Below are positions 1 through 12,891 of a stretch of 64,000 nt of DNA, in pieces (position 1 is the stretch's first letter; every line of letters starts with the position of its first letter). The notes below the pieces were generated by a model. That model worked only from the letters and a program-made list of their open reading frames with translations, did not search any database and was not told the origin of the DNA. This DNA comes from Podarcis filfolensis (Eukaryota). The DNA lies in assembly GCA_964270895.1 (NCBI GenBank), contig OZ185436.1. The stretch is one strand, 5' to 3'. Position numbers and translations under genes: made by a program.

Positions 1-153
1 TCTTCTCTTCTCATGAGGTGGCCAAATTATTGGAGCTTCAGCTTCACGATCTGTCTTTCCAGTGAGCACTCAGGGCTGATTTCCTTCAGAATGGATCAGT
101 TTGATCTTCTTGCAGTCCATGGGACTCTCAAGAGTCTCCTTCAATTCAAAAGC
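1..153 (-). mobile_element. Bov-B (RTE clade LINE) 3' fragment, cut by the window edge
   Basis: The reverse complement matches the Bov-B copies at 43437 and 46884 (gagactcttgagagtcccatggactgcaagaagatcaaac...ggaaatcagccctgagtgctcactggaa). Confidence 0.85.
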
Positions 154-423
154 ACTTTTTGTTTTACTTACATGTAAATGTGCAGAAGCACATTTAAAAA
201 TCTGAACCTCCGCCTGCTTCCTGAAGTGGCTTCCTGAAGTTTATTCTGTCTCCTCAGTATTGCAGCACCTTATTTTACAGTGTGTGGTAGAGGCCAGGGA
301 ATACTGAGAATTGAGGATTTGTGATTTACTGCCACCACCACCACTACCTGAACACATATTACAGCAACGAACAATACATTATCCTTGAGAGAGTCAATGC
401 ACTTCAATACATGAAGTATTAAA

Positions 424-562
424 GCATAAATATGGAACCTGTGGCTTCCCAAATGTTGTTGGGCTCCAACTTGCAACAGCCCCGACAAGCATGGTCTATC
501 ATCAGGGATGGTGGGAGCTGTGGCTGAACATCAGCAGGAGGGCCACAGATTCAACACCTTTG
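424..562. mobile_element. Degraded ~135-bp hAT-type MITE
   Basis: Resembles the ~135-bp element at 3884-4020 (ggaacctgtggc..ccagatgttg...ggagggccacag). Ends approximate. Confidence 0.5.
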
Positions 563-1307
563 CATTGTAGTGATTAATCTTATTGTGGGTAGTGAGGAAT
601 GTTAGCAGCATGCTGGTTTCTAGGAGGCAGCACAAGACTGAATTTTCACAGAGCATAATGCAGATTCACAAGTCAACACATGCTCCTCCAGGAGAAGGTA
701 ACAAATACAAAAAGCCTGCTCAAGGACAGCCTGAGTTGTAAACTGAGAGCTATAAAAAATAATAATATAATGATTGTGGTGGCATGATTATAATTTAGAG
801 GCTAGAGTCACAGGTGAGAAATAGGGTTGAACTGCCTGGCCGAATGTGAAGTAGAGTCAGTAAACAATTGCCAGGCCACTAAATCACTATTCTCCCTATT
901 GCATTTTAGCTTAGAAACATATAATAAACCTATCAAAAAGTCACTTTCCTTTAGAAACTCAGGATATAGCAACCAATCTATTCAATAATACAGTGTTTCC
1001 AGGAAGCTCCCTACAGACTGGATATTTCATTTGATTTTGTTTAAGGGTTTTATGTTTTAGCCATTCCTTAAATATATACCACTAAGATTACAGGCCTCAG
1101 GTAACAACAGCTTCAGGACATAATTCTGGGTGGACACAATATCACTTTTTAACTCCTCTGAGGGTCCGTGCAATGTGATGTCTGAACCAGCAATACTCTG
1201 AACAGATTTAACCTCAAGAACATAAGTAGTACTCCTAGAACCTGGGAGAATCAACAAATTCAAATCCTTACACAGCTATAGATGTACTCAAGCAATGCTC
1301 TGTATTA

Positions 1308-1661
1308 GGTAAAGGTAAAGGGACCCCTGACCATTAGGTCCAGTCGTGGCCGACTCTGGGGTTGTGGCGCTCATCTCGCTTTCTTAGCTGAGGGAGCCGG
1401 CGTACAGCTTCTGGGTCATGTGGCCAGCATGACTAAGCCGCTTCTGGTGAACCAGAGCAGTGCACGGAAACACCGTTTACCTTCCCGCCGGAACGGTACC
1501 TATTTATCTACTTGCACTTTGACATGCTTTTGAACTGCTAGGTTGGCAGGAGCAGGGACCGGGCAACGGGAGCTCACCCCGTCGCGGGGATTCAAACCGC
1601 CGACCTTCTGATCAGCAAGTCCTAGGCTCTGTGGTTTAACCCACAGCGCCACTTGTGTCCC
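1308..1661 (-). mobile_element. Sauria SINE (tRNA-derived head, Bov-B-related tail)
   Basis: On the minus strand: head gggacac..gtggcgctgtggg, B box ggtttgaatcc, (ACCTTT)n tail. 13-bp TSD atgctctgtatta at 1295-1307 and 1662-1674. Confidence 0.95.
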
Positions 1662-1674
1662 ATGCTCTGTATTA

Positions 1675-1765
1675 CTTATCTGTAAAATGGGAATAAAGTT
1701 GTCCTATTTAATAAGGCTGTGGTGGGGATTATAGATGACAAAGGATCCAGTGCATTCATAACTAT
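1675..1765 (+). mobile_element. MIR/CORE-SINE-like remnant, interrupted by the Sauria SINE
   Basis: cttatctgtaaaatgggaataaag...ggctgtggtggggattata resembles the MIR core (ctcatctgtaaaatggggataata...gggttgttgtgaggattaaa), as recalled. Confidence 0.45.
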
Positions 1766-3883
1766 CCACACCCTGTTGTACATGGGGATCTGCCTATAAA
1801 ATAAATACTCAGCATCAGTAGCTTTGCCAGGCTTATTACTTGTTTGGGGAAACATGAATGCATAGGACTGGAGGCAAGTCATCTCATTTATGCTCTATGA
1901 AAGTTTCCACACCAGCCATCAGTCAATGGATGGATGGATTAACCTCTTTTTTTAAAGACTTTTTTCTTACCCCAGACAGCACACTTTTGGCCACATGGGA
2001 CACAATCTAGAAAGTGGTAAGAATAGAAGAAGAGCTCTGTTGGATTAAACCAAAGGGCTAACTTGTTCAACATTATGCTCACCACACTGGCCAACAAGAC
2101 ACTTGTCTGGAAATCCAGAAGCAAGTTATTCTTAGTGGCTTGAGGATGGATTGGAGCAAATGGATACTGAATCTGCAATATAAAAGAAAGGTCTTCCAAC
2201 AGCATTGCATACTGACTTCCTGAAGAACATGGAAGAGTCATAGCATTTAAAAAAAAATATAGTAAAGGCAAGAATTCAGGAAGTTAGTGGGAGAGAGACA
2301 GAGAGGAAAACACAACACCCAAAACTTAAGATAACATGAATTTGATGGTACCAAAAAAGTTGCTTGAAATTTGTATTATTGATTTTCTAGCATTTTGGAA
2401 TATATGTTGAGACATCATAGCTAGTGATAAGATGACCAGTGTTGACAGTTTTGAAAAATGGTTTCCCATGTCATCTAAAAAGGTTAAGGCAAATATTATT
2501 CTCTTTCACTTGTTGGCAAAGACTTAGACTGAAGAGAACTTCTGCTGGGAAGAAGCCACCAAGGATAAGGAAGCAGACTTATCCCTTGATCTACTATTAG
2601 GAAGAACAGCTAAGCTTCTTACAGGTGAAAAGATGAAGGATTTTACATTACACGCCCACATGCATATTCACACCAGCCTCTTCCCCATATGGCTTCAAAC
2701 ATTCATAATAAGCAGACCCAAATAACGGTATATTATATGGTTCAATGAATGACAAATGAGCCATCTCCCTCCTTCACCTCTATTATCCATAGTTAATTTA
2801 GCTTGAAAATTCCTGGGGAAAACCCAGGACTTTCTGAGCTGCTTCTTTTTTCTTGAGATTTCCTATCAGTCCCTGCCTCTCATCCCCAATCAAACTTAAT
2901 ATTGTGGTGGGTATGAGAGTGGGAAAGAAGAGCTACAGTTAGGAGAGGCTTGTCAAGTTCATATTTGCATCCAGGACATTTCAGGACATGCCACTAGGAT
3001 GTACAGGACTTGTATCTTTCTCTGCTTTCTGGCTCCATTCATTGAACTGGGAAACATAGGAAGCTACAGCTTCTGTGCTCTGAATAGTGCCTTGATGGGA
3101 CGCCACTTGGAAATCATACCTAATCATATCACTGTGAGCTCCTTCTAGGAAAAACAAGAGTGTACACCTAAGAAATGAATAGATTCTTCAGCCTCAACAC
3201 CAGAACATTTGCCTTTTTTTAATCAATGTAACTAGAGTGACTCCCACAAAGCTACTTCAATTTATACCCGATTAAGAATACTCTCACCAGGTTTACTACT
3301 TTGCTTATTTCTTCATAACAAACTCAAATGTATTGTCTCTGTGGAGGCATATGAATCTCTCTAGGTATATAAAGTAAATGAGTCTGATTTCCTGCACTAA
3401 ATATGCTCCAAACAACAATTCTCCCCCAGATAGCACCACACAAACCAATAATGAAAAGTTACAACTTGGGACAAATAGGAAATACATTTTCTAGCTCATC
3501 TAGTTTCACTCAGGTCAATAATCTCCTCAGTGCTTTTTATTGCATTTGTTTGTATTTCTTTCTCCATCTCTTTCGTTTTAAGGGTTTTTGTTGTTGCGGC
3601 TGCTGAAAAGAGGAAATTGTCTCCACTTTGAATCAATGTGCTCCAGCCTGCAGCAATAAAAATTTGTGTGAAACAAGTAATTCTTCAGTTCATGGAAAAC
3701 ATTTGTTCACACACAAATAGATAGATAGGTATTTGTGTGTGTTGTATGTTATAATAATATATAGCATACAACACACAATTGATTATTGCATAATCAATAT
3801 ACAAGATATATTATTGTATCATATTGTACACATTTGACAGAAATCTTATACATTGTAACTTTCTACATCTTGTTTCATTAGAA

Positions 3884-4020
3884 CAGGGATGGGGAACATG
3901 TGAACCTCTGGATATAATTGGACTCCAGCTCTCATTAGCCCCAGCTAGAATGGTCAATGGTCAATGATGATGGAAGTTGCAATTCAGCAACATCTGGAAA
4001 ACCACAACTCCCCAACCCTG
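3884..4020. mobile_element. hAT-type MITE
   Basis: TIR cagggatggggaa / tccccaaccctg. Degenerate 8-bp TSD cattagaa / tattagac. Confidence 0.75.
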
Positions 4021-4106
4021 TATTAGACCCACATTGCACTCATTTCAATGTCACTGGTGCTTGTGGTGTTGTGTAGCTGTATGAACATTTCGGCTGGCTT
4101 CCCATA

Positions 4107-4434
4107 GGTAAAGGTGAAGGGACCCCTGACCATTAGGTCCAGTCGTGACCGACTCTGGGGTTGCGGCGCTCATCTCACTTTATTGGCCGAGGGAGCTGGG
4201 CATGTGGCCAGCATGACTAAGCCGCTTCTGGTGAACCAGAGAAATGCCGTTTACCTTCCCGCTGGAGCGGTACCTACTTATCTACTTGCACTTGACGTGC
4301 TTTCAAACTGCTAGGTTGGCAGGAACTGGGACCGAGCAACGGGAGCTCACCCCGTTGCGGGGATTCGAACCGGCGACCTTCTGATCGGCAAATCCTAGGC
4401 TCTGTGGTTTAACCCACAGCACCACCCGCGTCCC
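4107..4434 (-). mobile_element. Sauria SINE
   Basis: Near-identical to 1308-1661, with an internal deletion; ggtaaaggtgaagg tail and gggacgcgggtgg head. Confidence 0.93.
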
Positions 4435-5166
4435 ATACTGATCATCCAAATCATGCAGAAACTAAGCACACCAAGGACACCAATCTCTATGGAAGTAGCA
4501 GCACTAAGAAGGGTGTATGTTATCATACTGTCTAATAGACCCATTTGGAACCCAGTTCACATTTTTACTACAGCTTCCAACAGCCCCAATCACTTGGGAG
4601 CAATTTTCAGTAGCAACCCCAGTGCTGGGTTAACTACTGGTATGTGAAGCAGCAGGAACCCATGTGGCAGTACATATGTCAGACTGCAGTTCCCTTCTGG
4701 AATTAAGGGAGTGCCAGGAAGTTCAGTTCCAGCCCAGAACTAGATGAGACCTCTTCAAATGTCATTTTGTTATAAGCGAGAAAGATAGATTGGGGTAGAG
4801 ATTTCACTGGTCAGGCGGAATCAGATTAATGAAAGGAATAATGCAACTCATTTCAGGGGGTTATTGCTACAGGGGTTTGTTTGTTTTGTGTGACAGGTAC
4901 TAAACTATAACTCACATGAGTATACAAACATGGTTCTCCCGTTTAAGTGGCTCGTGAGGACCAGAGGGGAGGAGCTTGAACTGGTGTGGGTCTGTCAGGA
5001 GGTGAAATAAAATGATGCCATTAAGGGCCTTCTGCCTTTTTTACCATTATTTGAGCTAAATAGGATACCCAAATATGTTTAATTTACCTTTAATACAACC
5101 ATACATGTGAAGTGTGACTAGCTGAAGATGTCTGTCCCTCATTCAAATGCTAAATAACCAGCTCAG

Positions 5167-5168
<2 letters not shown>

Positions 5169-5205
<37 letters not shown>
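5169..5205. repeat. (AC)n microsatellite
   Basis: About 18 perfect units. Confidence 0.95.
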
Positions 5206-5207
<2 letters not shown>

Positions 5208-8193
5208 CTAGAGCCAGCTGTGAGATTATAACATGTGGACTGGTTAATACAACTCCATTCTTCCTCTTTTGCTAGAATAACTTTGTTCAGTTAATGGAAC
5301 AGATGCCTTTTCCAGGGCATATTCAGCCATATGTAAATACCATTTTATGTGGTAATTAGATGTTTTGCAGATGTAGAACTCATCAGTTTATTAGGTGGGG
5401 GTATTAATGTAATTGAGAAGATTTAAAAGAACTTAATCTTAAATGTATTACTTGCAAACCACAGAGCCATCCTCTGAGGGAGGGAGAATCTGTATAGGAG
5501 GATCTGCCGCATCTGAAGCTGTGCTGGCCTCATGCCAGCAGAGTAGAATATGGGGGGAAATTTAACCCTTTTTTCTTGCCAGTAGTTCTTTTTTACTTCC
5601 CTTTTGTTGGCTCCAATGGGTGGGAAAGCTGCAGGGTTGGCATACATTCCCTGCCACCATGTTGCAGGGGCACATGCATAGACGGCAGGGGCTCTGGATA
5701 CAGTGGATCCACAACTTTCCCTGATCTTCCTGTGACCCCCTCCTTTCAGCTGTTACTGCCACCCATGCAGTAATGGCAGTGGAAGTTTCTGCTGCTGTAC
5801 TGAGAAGGCATCTAATGGTGAACTTCCATCTCCACCCAGACAGGGAGGACTGCTATATCCTATTGCCCCTGGTATGCCCCCCCCAGTGACCATTCGGTTT
5901 GCACCCTAAGAAATATTGATTTTAACTGTGAAATTTACTCTGCCTGATGTCTTGCAGATGAAAATATCCTAGCCCTTGGATTTCCTATTTAAAGTTTCCC
6001 AACCATCATTGCAAAACACGTAATCCTAGTAAAACAAAACACATAACAACCAGGAATGTAGGCTGTAATACTCATACACTCAGGAATAAGACCCACTTAA
6101 CTTAATGGGGCCTACTTCTGAGTAGACCTATATAGGTTTGCACTGTTAATTGTTTATACTAGGGCCTAGGAAAAAAATATGGCATGGTTTACTGACTAAA
6201 TTGAAGAGTACTCTGATGCAGCGCTGTGATAAAGTTAATTTGAAAAGTAACTCTTGAGAGTTTTATGGATACTCAGAAGATGGAGCCAAATGACTTCAGC
6301 AAGACTGTTAGTTACCTCTCCATCTGCTTTACGGAGAACATTTGGCAAGCTCGGGTCTTCTTGCTTCCAGCCAGCTAGAGCTGCAGTTTAAACCTTAAAA
6401 TCCAAGTAATACTACACTTCCATTTTAATAGACTGGGCTGTATCTTAACTAACTTTCCCCTTTGTAGTATACTTGAACATGAACCTGATATGGACAAAGA
6501 ATAACCACCTTTAAAAAAACCTGATGGTTTTTAAGACCATGTGATATTAATAAAATGAAAGATCTCTGGGATTAAATGCATAATGATGCTAAGCTATCTG
6601 GTTTTGGTATAGATATAGGCCAGCAACTCACAATGAATAATTTATCTGACATGCTTAGCCTCTCCTTCTGTTCCTGTACCGAGATGATAATGATCTCCTT
6701 TAATTTCCCCCTTTTTTTTGTTCAAAATCAGTAGTACTTTGCCAACTTTCTGGAAGATCATCAGCAGTTAACATTCAGTACTTCAAGGCTGCCTATGTCT
6801 GAACGAAACGAGATGTACCTGCCCTTTAAAGCTTCAGGAAAGGGTAGATGGTGTGTCTTGCCCACCTTTGCAGTTCAGAAACAGCACCTTCCATTCTTCC
6901 CCTTCTAACTGCTGAAAGCGTAGTAGTCCTGTAAAGTTTATTTGCAGTGAACCAGATCAGGCCCTTCTTTCATTTGGTATCTTCCTTGGCAGACACCACC
7001 CTTTTGCTTGCCATAAATGGACTTAAGTTGGCCAACTGCCTACACTACTTTGGACTTACAAACCAAGAACATCCTCAGCCCATTCCTGCTCTTGCTACAT
7101 TATCAACATCTTGGGAAGCTGCCAGGCCCACTGAGGTTTCCTTAGATGGTCAGTGTTTTGTGGGAAGGTAGATAATGCCAGTGGAGCTTATCGCCATTCC
7201 AAACTCCATTCGGGAGTTGGGCTGCTGCTGGCTGAGCCTGGCAGAGGGGAAGCAAGCCTTTTAAGCAGAACCACCCTTTTTGTCAGTGTTAACTGGGTTG
7301 CTAGGTCACATGACTGAGCTGTACAGAGTTTTGAACAGAGGTATGTCTTCCCCTGTCCCATCTCCTGTCCCATCCCACCTGGAATGCCTCTTCTGAGGAC
7401 CTCACCCTCACTCTGGCTGAGCTAGGAATGGAGGACTTCAGCCAGCATAGCCCTAGCTCAGCCCTGTTTCAGATGGCTTAGCTGGAAATCCCTTTTCTAA
7501 ACTCCACCCATCCTGGCAGATCTTGGATTTGGCTTGCTCCCTAAACTGAATTCAAGCTCTCTGTTATGCTGTCACAGCAAATCCACTTTTTAAAAAAGTG
7601 GACTTTTGATAATAAGGAAAACGATGAGGAAAGGCACTAAAAGGAGTGGGTTAACAATCAATTGACAGCAATACAGATAATCTCTGTACAAAGAAAATCA
7701 GGATGAATACTGAGTTTATTCCTTTCCAGAAATAACATGGCCATTCACTGCTATATAGAGCACCATCCACAGTTCAGACTTCAAAGAGAGTGTATGAGTC
7801 ACAAACATCAACCCTCTGCCCTAAGGACCAGAACAACCACCACAGATTTTTCTGGGCATATGGGGAAGTTTTGCAAGGCATCAGCTGTGGCTGATACAGA
7901 ACATGGGAGATGAAGGAAATTGCATGGGTAAAAACTTCTTGTTTCAGCTACAGAAAATGGTTCCTGACATTTTGCACAATGGGGGGATATCTAATAATAG
8001 CCATACTCTGAGTAGACACATTGGAATCAATGGCTATGGTTATCATTGGATATAAAGTTCATCTCCTTTTAGTATCACTGATGGCTACAGGTATCCCAGA
8101 AGAAACTTAAAGGAAAAGGAAATTTATCATTGTGTGATCTTTTCTTGGTTACCAATCGACTTTAACACAGTTTACATAGGTATGTTTTAATAA

Positions 8194-8520
8194 GGGAAGA
8201 GGCATAGCTCAGTGGTTAGAGTATGTGATCTGCATGTGGATGGCCCCAGATTCCCTAGGATCTCCAGACAGGGCTGTGAATGATCCCTGCCCCAGGGCAG
8301 GCATAGGCAACCTCGGCCCACCAGATGTTTTGGGAATATAATTCCCATCATCCCTGACCACTAGTCCTGTTAGCTAGGGATCATGGGAGTTGTAGTCCCA
8401 AAACATCTGACAGGCCAAGGTTGCCTATGCCTGCCCTAGAGAGTCATTGTCAGTCAGTGTAGACAACACTGTGCTAAATGGACCAATGGTCTGACTCAGT
8501 GTAAGGCAGCTTCCTAGTTT
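8194..8520 (+). mobile_element. Old tRNA-derived SINE interrupted by a hAT MITE
   Basis: tRNA-like head (catagctcagtggttagag) and a tail tggaccaatggtctgactcagtgtaaggcagcttcct typical of an old squamate SINE. Split by 8298-8433. Confidence 0.7.
8298..8433. mobile_element. hAT-type MITE (caggcatagg family)
   Basis: TIR caggcataggcaac / gttgcctatgcctg. Degenerate 8-bp TSD ccccaggg / ccctagag. Same family as 25643 and 33636. Confidence 0.85.
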
Positions 8521-9501
8521 TATAGAGGAAGCTCTGGCACATAAGTCTAATCGAGAGATTTCATGTCCCATCTTTTGCTTATCTGCATCAATATAAGCCA
8601 GAGACTGGGATAGGCCCCATAAAACAGATTAATGGTCCTCAGGAAACGTTGAAGGTTCTGCATCACTACAAATGGGCTCTAAATATTTCAGAAATGTAAT
8701 TAAGCCACTGAAGAAAGCTCATAGCAATCCAACAGATACAAGCAGAAAGGCAATACCTTGGAGGCATATCAAATTTCCGATGGTAGTTTTAACTACTGAA
8801 TCATCAGTAAGCTTCTTATCCACTCACACCTTGGGGAGACTTCAAAAGTTCCTTTAAGAATAAGGTGAAGAGGAGGTCATATTTAGCACTTCTAAGGACT
8901 GTCTGAGATCTTGACCTAACTGGACAAAATATAAAATAAAAATAGAAATCTTAATTCATGCTTGCTTGTATGTATCTTGTGAAAGCAATCTGTGGGACAT
9001 GGCCAGCATAATAATGCTTGAGCAATGCTGACTGATCCTGAACATTTAAATTGTAAAGCTTTCCACAATAGCCATTTTCTGATGAACATTTGAAATATTC
9101 CTTCTCCTCTCCCCATACCCCCCCTCCACCCCACCCCACCAAATCTGCTCCAGAGGGTTGGGGGAAAGCCCAGTGTAGATAAAGGTTGTGTGAAGGGAGA
9201 AGAGACTGTGGGAAGATACATCACACAGCTAAAGGTTGTTGCTCTCTGGCAATGCTAACCATTATGTCTGCATCATAACATTGTGTCAGGTGCTATCACC
9301 CAGACTCACTATACACAAACATTTCCCCCCAAAAGCACGATCAGGTATACAAGATAGGAAACATGAAATTTCAAAAAGAGGAAACAGAAATTAGCCAGGG
9401 GTGTGCAGAGCTGAAGGGGCAGAAAAATAATTAGGCAAGGTAGCTAGCTACCTGATACATGAGTTCAAAACAAGTCACCTCATCACTTCACCATCTTTGT
9501 T

Positions 9502-9502
<1 letters not shown>

Positions 9503-9532
<30 letters not shown>
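9503..9532. repeat. (GT)15 microsatellite
   Basis: Perfect dinucleotide run. Confidence 0.95.
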
Positions 9533-9535
<3 letters not shown>

Positions 9536-11229
9536 CAGGAAGATAACAGTTTCCTCCTCATGTCTTATCAGTTTTATTGGGCGTGATACTCTTAGCTGGA
9601 TCAAAGTGGAGAAGGAAGCATTCTCATGGACAGAAGGCAGACCCTTTTGGAAACTAGAACCTCTGTTGCCTCTCTTTTCATAGAGCCCCTTCAAGCTTGC
9701 CCTGGGCCTACCCTATACAGATTTCTCTCTTTCTCTGCTCCACCCTTCCTTCTCAGCCAGCCAAGCTATATTGATAAAGCACTGTTCTCTGGGCAGGCCT
9801 AGTCAGATTGACAGACAGAACACCCAGGGACTGCCTACACCCATGGCACCCGAGTCTATGTATTGGGACTTCCAAAGCCAACACACCTCCAGCGCAGGCA
9901 CCTACCTTTCTCAGTGACTTCTTAAAGACTGGATTTTGGTTTACTAGATTAGTTTATGCTTAAATTGTTATTTTTAGAGTCTAATTTGAAAGTCTGTTCT
10001 TCTCAACATTCCTTACAGGCCACCTGCAGCATAGAATGCCAGTTTTCTCTGTAAGGTCACAGTATAAGCAATAGCAGATTCTTTCTTCCCTCCATTTCAT
10101 AGTTCTGTTCTTGGGAAAAGTTGATTAAAAATCCATACTTCTAAGTCCCAGACTTTATATCTCATCACATTTCCCCCCGAAAAATATGTATTAAAAGTAA
10201 AGAATAAATCACAAGGGAAAGTTATCTCGTAACACAATTACTGTTACAAAATCTTAGCATTCCAATAAAATCCAGCCTACTCAGAGTTTACGCAAGTTTT
10301 TTAGATCTTAATTTCACAGTCATTAGCATCTCCCAATACATCTTCCTATTTTCTCTGTTTGCACTAGGAAAAAGTTATTACCAGTGGAATAAGAGATTTG
10401 CAAGAGATTGTTGTTCAGCCCTATTAATAATATAAAATCAGCCTAAACCACAAAGTAATTTTATTGACTCATGGGACATTAAGCATGCCTTATTTAAAGC
10501 CCTCATATTTTATTTCTTGCAGTTCTCTTTTGAAATCAGTTTTATTGCCTGGTTTAGAATAATTCAACATAAGATATGAATTTTTCAGCTAAGCAGACAT
10601 CACCATCAAACTATTGCATAGGTTTTGGTATGGAAAATTTTGGGAGGGAGGCGAACCAGCTTAAAAAGCAAATTAGCTTAAAGTTTTGTTTCTTTTACAT
10701 TAAGCATTTTTGATAAGATGTTTTAAGTACTGTAGTGAAAGATCAGCATGAAGCAACAATCTCATTTCTTGCCTATATCTGGGGATAAGGCAGAATTCAT
10801 TGGGCCAGCTGTTTGCAGTAGCCTGACCCAATCAAAAACTGACAATTTTGTTTGCAGATCACAGTGAAACTCTGTTCAACTATACACATCCAGATTTAGC
10901 AATGTTGTTTCAGTTTGCAAAGGGCACAGGAAAAAATGCATATGTTAATGAACACAAAATGAGTTTTTTATGGGGGAAATGCATGGGGTAAAGTGAATTT
11001 TTTTTATAATGAAGAAGTGCAGACAAAATGGGTAAATTAATCTTTGTGTTCAAAAACTGCAAAAATGGGATAGAATGGACCTCTGATTGAGCACCATCAA
11101 AATAAAAATGGAGTGGAATTAAGCTGCTTAAGCTATTCTTAATTATATATCTTGTAGTGGATCTCTGGTCCAAGTGGTGAGAAGAGTTTACAAGAAGCAT
11201 TTCTAAACTTCACTGGCATCCCCTCCAAC

Positions 11230-11278
11230 ATGTTGATTCTGAAAACTGGGATGCTTGTCTTTCTGGCCCAGTTCCTGC
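11230..11278 (+). CDS. Candidate signal-peptide first coding exon (MLILKTGMLVFLAQFL, phase-1 donor); gene unidentified
   Basis: ATG with A at -3, a 16-codon hydrophobic peptide, consensus donor C|GTGAGT at 11279, and a TATA-like tatatat at ~11144. No downstream exon could be linked. Confidence 0.25.
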
Positions 11279-11528
11279 GTGAGTCACGTGACCCACTCGA
11301 GATCACAGAGTTCCAAAATGCAATTTTTGGGGGCCCTGTCATCTTTTGTGAGGTCACAATCTCCCACCTTTTGCCCCAAAATTTGTGTTCTGGAGTTCTG
11401 TGATCTTACACATTTTTGAACACCGTGTTGAGAGCGGGGTATGCAGTGGCTACTGCTCCTCAAGGTTGCCACTACACTTGCAATATTTTCCTCACTTCAC
11501 ACTTCAGTCAGGGTGAAAGATAGGGTGG

Positions 11529-11531
<3 letters not shown>

Positions 11532-11561
<30 letters not shown>
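11532..11561. repeat. (AG)n microsatellite
   Basis: About 15 perfect units. Confidence 0.95.
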
Positions 11562-11562
<1 letters not shown>

Positions 11563-11778
11563 CTTCAAACAGTCCTGCATTGTTGTCCATAGATGAGAGC
11601 TGTGGACAGAACATCTGTGTGACATCCATACTATTTTGGAGTGATCTATGTTTTTCAGGGGGAATCTGCCACAGGACTAGGTTGATTCAGAGTGGCAGGC
11701 CCGGATAAGGAAAATATTTAGCAAAATTCAGACTTTTATTGAAAATAATAATAATCAACTACTACGCTGCTGCATCAG

Positions 11779-12125
11779 GGACGTGGGTGGCACTGCGGTC
11801 TAAACCACAGAGCCTAGGGCTTGCTGATCAGAAGGTCGGCAGTTCAAATCCCCGCAATGGCCTGAGCTCCCATAGTTCGGTCCCTGCTCCTGCCAACCTA
11901 GAAGTTCGAAAGCACACAGTGCAAGTAGATAAATAGGTACCGCTCTAGCAGGAAGGTAAACGGCATTTCCATGTGCTGCTCTGGTTCACCAGAAGCAGCT
12001 TAGTCATGCTGGCAACATGACCTGGAAGCTGTACACCGGCTCCCTCAGCCAATAGAGAGAGATGAGCGCTGCTACCCCAGAGTTGTCCATGACTGGACTT
12101 AATGGTCAGGGGTCCATTTAGCCTT
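11779..12125 (+). mobile_element. Sauria SINE
   Basis: Head gggacgtgggtggcactgcgg, B box agttcaaatcc, tail ggtccatttagccttt. 16-bp TSD ta(c/t)gctgctgcatcag at 11763-11778 and 12126-12141. Confidence 0.93.
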
Positions 12126-12803
12126 TATGCTGCTGCATCAGTGGCACTGCTAGAGTTAAACCTCATGACTGAAGTCTGGGACCACACAGCTCAGGTCCCC
12201 TTCCCCCAAATGACCACAAAGAGAGAGGGGTAGATGATGAGGATCATTGATTAACTGGCCTTGTGCCAGCATTTGGGTCAGCATGCACATGCCAGGGCCC
12301 ACTGGGACTAATGTTGCAATCTTCCTCCTCCTCCTAATTATGGCAACCAATAAGGCATGTACATGCTACTGGTGCATATTTTAAAATTATTATTCATTAA
12401 AAAATATATTAACCTTTCCTGCAACAAAATGTTGCTTCCCCCACATGAACCTGCCTAGCACCAAGGCAGCAGAAACAAACTCTGTGTCTATGGCCTATCA
12501 GCAATTGCCCCCCCCCCCCCCGCAAGTTTGAGCAGAAGTGGCTCCCCCTGGATCCCTTTAACAGGATACCTTGATTCCTTGGAGCGAGTGGTGGCACTTC
12601 CACACACACACACACACACACCGTCCACCTTGACTAAGCATCCAACCCAATGCCTTATCCCCCCTGAAGTTGTGAAAATTGCAACAATGCATCCAAAACT
12701 CCTAGACAGGCCCAATTTGTCTGAAGGCAAATTCTTCCCTGGCCCTGAATACAGCAACCAAAGACTTCCACAGCAAGGTCTTACACACAACCTTCCCGCT
12801 TAC

Positions 12804-12891
12804 CTTCAGCCAGAGCCATAGCACATATGCGAGGGGGGTGGGGAATCCAGCACTATCTGATGCTAATTCCCGGGCACATCTGGTTTTTATA
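12804..12891 (-). promoter_or_regulatory. Candidate TATA promoter plus short first exon (MALAE, phase-1 donor)
   Basis: Minus strand: TATAAAAA at 12891-12884, Inr-like TCAGAT ~30 nt downstream, gctATGG in a good Kozak context, donor AAG|GTAAGC at 12803. Confidence 0.3.

Noticed and set aside
1057-2271. Minus-strand ORFs 1057-1263 and 1939-2271 as host exons
   Set aside because: Splice phases do not join, donors are weak, and I recognise no protein family.
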